DNA of 64,000 bases from Chrysomallon squamiferum (Eukaryota > Animalia > Mollusca), in assembly GCA_012295275.1 (NCBI GenBank), contig CM022668.1, positions 14,632,001 to 14,696,000 of the forward strand. Direction: 5' to 3'. The position numbers were made by a program, and so were the translations under genes. The notes beneath the pieces were generated by a model. The model did no database searches and was not told the DNA's origin. It saw only the letters and a list, made by a program, of their open reading frames with translations. Shown piece after piece: positions 53,905 through 64,000 of the stretch; positions within the stretch are counted from its first letter, which is position 1, and every line of letters begins with the position of its first letter.

Positions 53905-54777
53905 CTGAAAGAAAATCAAATACATTTAATAGTAGAATCCAAGACATTATTGTTATCTTCTCGCTGTTGCTGTTATTGTTGTTAATATTGTAAATCATTA
54001 TTATTATCATCGTTATGGTTTGTCTACTTAACTATATATATGTCAGTCTGTCTATCGGTATAAGTGTTATTTTCATTTTCTCGTTCTTCCTGGTGTTGTT
54101 GTTGATACAATTAAATAGTCATTATTATTATAATTATGATCCTTTCCATTAATTTAACAACTACAACCACACTTTTACAGCTCTCTCTGCTGTTACTACC
54201 TCAACCATCGCATGACATCCACTGCTACTGGTCCTGTCCATTACTATTATTACTCTCCGCTATAATTACTATTACTAGTCTCTGTCTGCAATTACTGTTA
54301 ATACTCTCTCCAACTGCTATTACCACTCTCTATACAACTGCTATTGCCATTCTCTCTATAACTACTATTACCACTCTCTCTACAACTACAATTACTACTC
54401 TGTCTACAATTAATATTACCACTCTCTCTACAACTACTATTGTTACTCTCTCTACAACTACTATTACTACTCTCTCTACAACTACTATTACTACTCTGTC
54501 TAAAGCTTTCAATTACTACTCCCACTTCTACTTCTGTAACTGCTGATACTTCTAGTACTCGTGCTGCGACGTCAGTGACAGCGTGTAGTAAAACTGTTAC
54601 AAATATATACTAGATGAACGACGTTACAGTATTATCCATTATAAAAGAACAGTGGTTACCACGACAGCCATTTCTGAAACACACACCCACATACATACAC
54701 ACACATATTTACTTTCATCCTGGAGTTATTAATATGTAATACTTCGTTGATCGTGATATTTCGTTAACTAGTAGATA

Positions 54778-54813
<36 letters not shown>

Positions 54814-55374
54814 CGCTGCTACTATTACTATTATTCTATTATTATTATTATTGTTGTTGTTGCTGTTGTTGTTTGTTTCTACACACATATATAATCATGT
54901 ACTCTTGTTTTTTCATTAACGAAACCTATATCACTATGTAACGTAAATATTTACCAGCATTGATTTAATGATTTATAAAACATCTAATCAAAAGTTTATG
55001 TTTCTAACTATTTTACTGTTATATTTTGTAATACTAATGTGCATCAGTCAGATATTCTATACCGCATGTACTGAGCTGTATAACGTTTGAAATCATCAAC
55101 ATTTCTGACCTCCATTGTGATCTGTCTGTCTCGCTATCTCTCTCAGTTTAATTTTGTGGGTTTTTTTTCAGGTTTCGTTTATAATGGTCTTTAAGCACAT
55201 TAAGGAACAAATGTTCTTTCTGTTAATGACAATGCGCAGAAAAAAGATCATTTGCTGAAGACTGAAAAATAGTAACCCCACTGAAAGACAGTTGTCTTTC
55301 TCTTCACATTATCAGTTTGATCTTTTATTATATGTATGATTCTGCAAAACTATACATTATAAATCATAATTAAA

Positions 55375-55476
<102 letters not shown>

Positions 55477-56024
55477 AAATATATATAACCTCCATTTTTC
55501 CATCTTTCTCTCTTCTACTTCCAACATGTTTTGATGATAAAATACCAAAAGTTAATATTTGAATTTTAAATATTAAGAATATTTCAGCATTTTCTGTTAG
55601 CATTAATTTTATTTTTATTCTTAAATGGTACAGAGAAAAAGAGAAGAAAAAAAGGTCTTATTATATAATATGCAAACGCAGGTATTAACTCCAGTTATGG
55701 GATATTACTTAATAATAATATTAGAGTGGTAGTAGTAGTAGTAGTAGTAGTAGTAGTAATTTTTCAGCATTTTCAGTAACCACTAATTTTATTTTCATTC
55801 TTAGATGATACAGAACACAAATTGGATGATTGTATATTAAGAAACAGAAATAGTGACTACAGTTATAATAATAATACTATTACAGGGAGTAGTAGTAGTA
55901 GCAGTAGTAATCGTACTCTGCAAGCATAACATAGATTAATGTTTGGAATACAATGTGTTTCAAAACTGTTTAAATTATTTTCTTTTGGTATGGTTTGTTC
56001 TATATATAAAACATATCTACAACG

Positions 56025-56812
56025 CTAATACACACCTTTTCTCATTTCTTCTTTCTCCTTCAGTATTTTCTCCTCGCGTGCTTTGGCTCCTTTTGTAAAA
56101 ATGTTCAACTGTTCATTGAATTCTCTCTCAATTTGTTCTCTCTTCAGTTGTAGTTCTTTTTCTTTCTTTTCCATCATTTCTTTTTCAGCTATTTTCAGTA
56201 ATTCCGATGTATAATATTGATAATTATTTTTTTCCACGTTTTTCTGCATCATGTCGATCAGGTGAAGAACCATTTTTTCTTTCTTCTTCTCATCTTTTTC
56301 GCGATTGTTGAATCCAACATATCTTCGTTCGCAGGCATTGATTAATGTTTTTAGATTTTCTGGTGCAGTAGTCAGAAAATCTTCCAGATTTCTTCCGTCT
56401 TCTTCAAGATCATCTACTCGGGTGAACAGCAAGAACAGGTAATCAAACAATGCTTTTCCAAATACTTGCTCGAAGTATTGAATTGTTTTTTGTTCTTCTA
56501 GAGTAAACGTCTTTGCCTGCAGAACCATGATGAAAGCATGTGGTCCTGGAGCACTCATCGGTATACACTGGATGATTTCTTGCGTAATCTCTGCCTGGGG
56601 ACGTTCAGTTAGGAATGCTGCTGGTGTATCAACGATGACAATGTCATGACCAAATCGAGTTTTGTGCTCTATCTGCCACGCTGTAGTAACTGGAGAAACA
56701 CTAGCTTCAGAATGAAAACGGTTCTCTCCTAGGATGGTATTTGCTGACGCACTTTTTCCTGACCCAGTACACCCAAGTATAACAAGCCGCAGTTCATTGT
56801 CAGTAACGTAAT
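56025..56812 (-). CDS. GIMAP: GIMAP/AIG1-family GTPase terminal exon (~261 aa, DTPA variant, shortened tail)
   Basis: Acceptor ttgtttcAG|ATTACGTT (phase 1). In frame: YVTDNELRLVILGCTGSGKSASANTILGENRFHSEASVSPVTTAWQ...VDTPAAF, continuing into ORF 56025..56558. Confidence 0.93.
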
Positions 56813-57049
56813 CTGAAACAAATTAAATACACTCAATGTAGAAACGAAGACATTATTTTAATCTTCTAATTGTTATTAATATTATTATATATCAAAAACA
56901 TTGGTTTCTGTCCTCCTATCAATCAATACACCTGTCTGTCTGCTTATATCTATAAATATATCCACTCTGGAATAATGTTAGTTTGTCCACAAAAAGCAAT
57001 TTGCATGGATTGAAGATGACATTGCAGAGTAATATTATTTTATAACTAA

Positions 57050-59482
57050 AGAAATGTAATATTAAATCATGAATTGTGTCATTTGAGTTACAAAATTACA
57101 TGTTGGGAAAAGTTTCTTGCATTTCATTCTTGACAGTTTTAACCAGCAGAAGAAATAAGATTGGGAGGTGACTCTCAACCATTCAGCCCATCTATAATAG
57201 TGCATCAAAATTTCATATAAATTGATCCATAATTTAATTTTTATATAGTTTAACGCATTTATAGAGTCTGTCGTATCAATGATGATTCCTATAAATTTCA
57301 GTGAAGCGCACGAAGCATTGACGTTTACCTAGTATTAAATTCAACATTTAAAGTAAAACAAAATTAAATTAAATTAAATTAAATTAACAGGTAAATAAAA
57401 AAACATTATATTGTTCCCTGTCCTTGGATGACCCTGAGTCTTCAACATAGTAAGCCTTAGACAATGTGTCGCTTGTAACATAGCTTTGACCCTAAAGGAG
57501 AATATATTTATTGCTGAGGGTAAACGTATTTCTCGGAAAATAGCAATTTACTATCGATTTAGAGTACTATGTGTGTTAATTGGTTTATTAGCTAATCATG
57601 TTTTACCTTTCGACGTGACAGACTAGTTTTGTACGTAATCTAATTAGTATGTTAATTTCTATTTGCTGTTTTATGATAACACGGATCAAACGTTTTATGC
57701 TATATGAACGTTTAGTATATAAGTATGTTTCTTCATCCATGCAGACACACCCAACACATTCGAATACAAAACACAAAAAATAAATAAACAAACAAATAAA
57801 TAAATAAATAAATTATAATAATAATTGAAAAAATAAGAAGAAGAAAATAATGTTTTAAAAATTAAAATAAAAAAAATTAAAATTAAAATGTAAAATAAAA
57901 TAAAATAATATAACTAAAACAATCGTGATGCAAATCTGCCGAAAATTAGGATAAAAAAAGTATTAAATGTAATTGTCAACATGAACGTGTCACCTCTAAG
58001 AAGTAAAAGAACAAACCTGTCTTTGTGTCTGTTTGTTATATGAGACCTCACTGACAACACACCGTAAATAAGTGGAATTAACATGGTGTTTAGTTCTTTA
58101 CAAATGCACCGATATGTAACATTTGATAACGTGTCCACGTGCAAAGCCTGTTTATCTAATATATTAGTCTGTGTATGTAGCTTACTTGTTGTTACTTTAT
58201 AAAAGGTTTGGAAAGACAGTTCTATTCTGAAGCTCGTCTACGACGGGCTTCACAACAGCTTGCTCTGATGAGCACGTTAATTTTTTTTTTGTTCACTTCA
58301 TTTCACAGTTCTATTTCTGAAGAAAAATATATAATGATGTTTGTTTTGTTTCCCCCAAGAGTTAGTTTATTTTTAACTGGACTGCTTTGTCTGCGTGTCT
58401 GTCCCTCAATTTCTCTGTCTACCCATCAATCTGTGTGAAACATCTATATACATTTATAGTGTGAAATGAGAGTATGTCCGAAAAAAGTCATTTATGTTGA
58501 TCAATCACTTAAAAGATATATTTTTATTGATAAAAAGTAAAACAACAAATAATATTCAAGTGATAAATTTTGTCATTTAAGTATTGTGAAATGTTTCATT
58601 ATGATCTTTGTATAACAAAATAGATTTCAGAATTAAAAAAGAAAACAAACTCAAGTAATACCTATTTATCAACTTCAAGAATTTTCTTCATGCTAAATTT
58701 CTTTTTATTAATTAATTAATTTAATAAAATCGCAATACTGATTTCACATCGGACTCTTCTCCATAGAATTAATTTCTGATAGCCGCTTGTTGACAAATGC
58801 AGCACAGTACTCGTTGTTGTTTGAGATAAGGGTTGGTAAGATACTATGACATATTAACCCGTGGTAGTGCCCTTAGACTTCGACATTCCTTCGGCCCATC
58901 GACATCCCCTAACGTCCCTCCCCGCGAACTTCCCGCAGTCATTTCGCATAATTTAATGCAATAATATTAGACCTGGAATAATTAATGGAGTAAAATAAAA
59001 CATATATATGACTAAATAGGTATCTAGGTACATATACTTTTTTCTCGTTAATCTTTCTACAAACTGATCCAGAACATTGTTAACGTTTAATTTTCCGAGC
59101 ACAGACGAATCTACCTGGATTAATGCCAAATTCTCGAGCCTCTCATATTTCATTGTGGATCATGTTTAGGAGTAGAACAAAGAGCTCTCTCCAGAACAGT
59201 TTGCTAGCAGAAGTTTCAGGTAAATGCGTAAACTAATGTACACGTTTGGAAAAGTTTCATTCATTTCAGTTTTAACAATTATTACCAACTGAAAACAAGA
59301 ATGGGTGGTGACTCCAACATGTTCGGCCCATATTTCTTTAATATTGCGTGAAAATTTCGCATAAACCTGTGTATAATTTCTTTCTTATATAACTTATCGC
59401 ACCCTCTCTCGTGTGAAAGAAGAGTCTTATGAATTAATTTGAGTGAAGCGCATAGAGCGTTTGATATGTATTAAGATTTAAA

Positions 59483-59513
<31 letters not shown>

Positions 59514-62500
59514 TAAAAGAAAAAAAAATTGCATGGCTCTCTGCTCTTTGTCGTGATAATGTGGCGCTGGTAACACAGCTAGGATCCTGAACAAACATAT
59601 TTATTATTCAGGAAAAACGTATTTATTCCTGAGGAAAACGTATTTCTCTGAAAATAGCAATTTACGACCGCCTATATCGTTTTTTTTTTGTTTTGTTTTT
59701 TTAACTATTATTTTTTTACTTCTCGGGTCGACTACTTCTTTTGGACGTAATCTAATTATTCTGTTATTTTCTGTTTCCTGTTTTAAGATAACACGGACCA
59801 AACGTTTTATGTTATATGTTATACTCAGATCTATACGTTTCTTCAACCATGCAGCAGACGGAAACACATACAAATACACACACGTACAGACAGATTCATA
59901 CAAATCACATAGAGTATAAATAAAAGACAGCCTATTTTAAATGTATAGAAACAGACCCTTTCTTTCAAAAATCAATCAGTATTTTTATTACATAGAAAAG
60001 AACTACCTCTGTTTGAAAAATACATCAATAATTGTGTTACAGAAAGTGAAGGGTCCTTTTTCCCGAGGTAGATTAGCGAGTTGGTCATAAATTAAAATGT
60101 GTGTAATTTCTAGCATTAGTTTTGTAAGACAAAATAACTACATACTACTGCATAATTTGTATTTGGAAAGACCTATTCGTTAATATTGCTGTATTAAAGT
60201 CTAAAACATGGCAGTGCAAAGAAGAAGCATAAATATAAAAAATAAATAATAAAATAAAAATAAATTAAGTCAGTAAATAAAAAGAATAAAATAAAACTAG
60301 TAAAACAATCGTCATGCAAATCTGCTGTAAATTACGTCAAAACATTATGAAATGTCATTATGAACTTGACGATGTTACCTGCAAGAACTATAATAACTAA
60401 CTCGTCTTTGTATGTGACTGTTGTGTGTGAGGCCTCAATGACAATTCACCGTGAATAAGTGGAATTAATGTATTGTTTAATTCTTTACAAACGCACTGAT
60501 ATGTAACATTTGATAACGTGTCCACATGCAAACATCTGATATATTATTCTGGTATATCGCTTACTTATTGTTGCTTTATAAAAGGTTAGGCATGACACTT
60601 CTTTTCATGAGGAAAAATATATTTCTCCGAACATTTCTTTTTAGTGACAAAGTCATAGAGTTTATATTTTCTGTCGGGACACCCCAAATTCAAAGTTTTA
60701 AAAATAATTAAGAAAAGTACTACTGATACATATATTGATATTAATTGTTTCTTAACTCGATTAACCTGCTTGTGTGTCAGTCCCTCTGTTTCTGTGTCTA
60801 CCATCTATTTACCTGAAATCATCTACATGCATATACATTCTGTAATGAAAGTATCTCCAAAATACTCGTTTATATTGATCAATCCACATACTAGAGATAT
60901 TTTAATTGTTCTGAAATGTTTCATTATGTTCTGTTTATAAAACATAATTTTGAAAATTAAGAGAGAAGAAAACAAACTCCACTAATACCCTTTTTATGAA
61001 CGTCAAGTATTTTCGTCGTGCTAAATTATTTTTGATTAATTAACTGTTTACTTAATTTATTACAATTTAATTAAATTTACCCGAACCAATATTAGGTCTT
61101 TTCTCCAAGTTAATAAAATAGCAAAATTGAATTCAGTTAGGACTGTCAGCTGCAGAATTAATTTTTGCTAGCCGCTAGACGACAAATACAGATAAGGGTT
61201 GGCTGGATAGAGTGCTGTATTAACTCAAGGTAGTGCCGCTAGGCTTCGAGATTATTTGGGCTCATCGACAGCCCCAACACACCTCCCCTCGGATTTCCCA
61301 CTCTCCTTTCGTACAATTTATTGTAATAATATTACAACTGAAGTAATTGATGGAGTAACAAAGAAAATAATTAGCATGAAGCAAAGCAATACCAAAATAC
61401 CGGGAATCTACTGTAAAATCAAACATGTGCCTAAATAGGTATTTAGGTAGTTAGTAATTTTTCTCGTTAATCTTTCTACAAACTGATCCAGAATATTGTT
61501 AACATTTAATTTCCAGAGCACAATCGAATGTAAACAAATGTACATGTTGGTAAAAGTTTCCTGCATTTCATTTTTAACAGTTATGACCAACTGAAAAATT
61601 ATGATTTCGTGTTGACAACCCCTTCGACCTAGGTCCTGACTGTGCGCATAGATATTTGTATAATTTCTTTTTTATGTAGTTTAGAGTACCCTTAGCATCT
61701 CTTGTATCAAATAGGATTCCAATAAATTAATTTCAGTGACGTACATGGAACGATTGACGTGTACACGGTATTAACATTTAACACTAAAAGAAACAAGCCT
61801 AGTCAGCCTTAGTTATAATGAGGCGAAAATAGCAATTTACGACGACACAAGCTTCCTATATAGTTTAGCTGTTTTATTAAGTATTATTTTTTACTTCTCT
61901 GATCGAGTACTTTGTTTTGAACGTAATCTAATTAGTCTGTTAATTTAATAATTTATGATAGCAATGACCAAGTGTTTTATGTGATATGAACCTCAGATTT
62001 ATACGTTTCTTCAACCATGGAGCAGAAAGAAACACATTCGAACACACAGACGCACCCACAGTTTCATTCAAACCACGTAGAGTATAAATAAAACTCAACA
62101 TAGTTTAAATATATAGGAACAAACCAACTTTCTTGGAAAAAGCAATCAGTATTTTAGTTTCATAGAAACGAACTACCTTTCTTTGAAAAATACATCAGTA
62201 ATTAACATTCACAGACATGAATGCTCCCTATTCTAAACCAGATTCGTGATTTACTTACAAATTAAAACGAGTGTAATTCAGAATATTAATTCGGAAAGAC
62301 AAAATAATTACATACTACTACAATTTTTATTTGAACAAATGTATTAGTTGATATTGATGTAATAAATTGTTAAACACGGCAGTGCAAAGAAGAAGTATAT
62401 ATATATATATATATATTAAAAGTGAATACAAATTTAATGGAAAAGTAAATAATCAAAATAAAATGAAAATAAATAAATAAAATTATATTTCTCTGAAAAC

Positions 62501-64000
62501 TGCCTTTCAGTGACAAAGTCGAGGTGTTCATATTTTCTGTCGGGACACACCAAACACAGAATTTTAAAAATAATTAAGTAAAAGTAATTGCTAACACAAA
62601 TAGTGATTTTTTTTCTCTCCAAGAGTTAATTTCTTTATAATTGGATTACTTTGTCGGCGTGTCTGTCCCTCTATTTCTCTGTCTACCCATCAATCTATAT
62701 GTAATCATCTATATGCATTTACAGTGTGAAATGAGAGTATGTCCGAAAAAGTCCTTTATATTGATCAATCACACAAAATATATATTTTATTGATAAAGAT
62801 AAAGACAAATAATATTCAAGTGATAAATTTTGTCATTTAAAATGTTGTGAAACGCTTCATTATGAGCTTTGCATAAAAACTAAATATCAGAATTAAGAAT
62901 GAAGAAAACAAACTTCTCTAATACCCTTTCTATCAACTTAAAGTATTTCCAAAATGCTAAATTAGCTTTTATTAATTAATTAATTTATTTTTTACAATTT
63001 AATTAAGCTTAAAACGTCTTACCCGAAGCCATATTTTCGGGGGTTTTCACCAAAAATTTAATAAATCCCAAAACTGATTTGAGTTAGGACTGTTCACCAC
63101 AGAGTTAGTTTGTGATTGTCGTTTGACAACAAATACAACACAGTATCGGCTGTTGCTTGAGATAAAGGCTGGGACTATACACTGCCGTATTAAGGCAAGG
63201 TAGGACCCTTGACATCACCTGCCGCCCGTACCCTCAAAGTTCACCCTCTCAAATTACAGAGCTTTTCATCTTTCAGAGTGGATACAAGTTATTCTTAATA
63301 CGTTTAACAGCAGAAAAAAAACCTCTCTACAGAACACTTTGTATGGAGAAATGATAAGTAAATATGTAAACAAATGTACATGTTTGGAAAATTTCTTGTA
63401 TATCAGTTTTATCAATTTTGGCCAACTGAACATTTAAGATTGGTGGTTTGACCCCACCAGTTCCGCCCTGACTGTGCGACAAATTCTGCATAAACTGACC
63501 CATAATTTCTTTTTTGTGTATAGATTGATGCATCTGCCGTATAAAGAGGATTCCTATAAATTAATTTCGCTGACGCGCACGAAGCCTTTCGCGTGTACAT
63601 AGTATTAACATTTAACACTAAGAGAAACGGAAAAAAAATGTTGTTTACATTTGTTGTGAAATGTTTTATTATGAGCTTTCTATTAAGAAATAAATTTCAA
63701 AATTAAGAAAGAAGTAATCAAACTCCTTTAGTACCCTTCTTATAAACCTCAAGTGTTTTCTTCATGCTAATTATTTTCTATTAATTAATTACTTTATTTC
63801 TTACATTTTAATTAACTTTAAAACGTCTTACCCAAAGCCATATCTTGTCTTTTCCCTAAGAATTGAATTCAGTTCGGACTGTTCACCACAGAATTAGTTT
63901 GTGAAAGCCGCTTGATGACAAATACAGCGCAGTACTCGTCGTTGTTTTATATAAGGGTTGATAAAACAACTCTGTTCTTCGGGAAAATGTAATCTCCGAA
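57050..64000. repeat. Continuation of the degenerate ~2 kb macrosatellite
   Basis: Same motif order as 34300-47200, with hAT fragments at ~59150, 61500 and 63300. Confidence 0.85.
58844..59569 (-). mobile_element. Non-autonomous hAT element with degenerate TIRs and 8-bp TSD-like flanks
   Basis: EMNETFPNVYISLRIYLKLLLANCSGESS...STMKYERLENLALIQVDSSVLGKLNVNNVLDQFVERLTRKK. Right end gataatgtggcgctg. Flanks GTAAGATA (58836-58843) and GTAACACA (59570-59577). Confidence 0.82.

Noticed and set aside
52698-53993. Plus-strand F/S/L-rich ORFs (also 22608-23251 and 28228-28431)
   Set aside because: They are antisense shadows of the E/K-rich GIMAP coding sequence.
53905-54010. N-terminal extension MIIIMIYNINNNNS... 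of the 439-aa ORF
   Set aside because: It lies upstream of the conserved tttcag acceptor in low-complexity sequence homologous to other introns, so the ORF-finder start is probably not real.
58262-58275. CTGATGA hammerhead ribozyme core
   Set aside because: No stem II followed by GAAA, and no stem I/III pairing was found.

Overview
AT-rich, microsatellite-rich metazoan genomic DNA, probably invertebrate (mollusc-like by inference). The window holds a minus-strand cluster of GIMAP/AIG1-family immune GTPase exons in birth-and-death turnover. Four GTPase exons are open and share a phase-1 acceptor, tttcag|AT (29396-30057, 32298-32962, 52691-53904, 56025-56812). Two more are 5'-truncated pseudo-copies, and two 'ghost' units keep only flanks or tail fragments. 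The left 11 kb is a nested tandem array. Its ~650-720 bp unit hides a splice-site-bounded 72-nt exon (7 copies), and a larger 3.2-3.8 kb unit carries a 175-nt parent exon (2 copies) followed by the same intron sequence that precedes the GIMAP GTPase exons. This suggests a GIMAP gene with an expandable exon-array N-terminus and possibly alternative terminal GTPase exons, which is the main hypothesis here and is untested. Also present: a complete but decayed Ty3/Gypsy LTR element (LTRs, tRNA-Ser PBS, PPT, 5-bp TSD), Tc1/mariner transposase remnants, and a degenerate ~2 kb macrosatellite carrying an amplified non-autonomous hAT element. All calls come from reading the sequence by eye, with no database searches or expression data.
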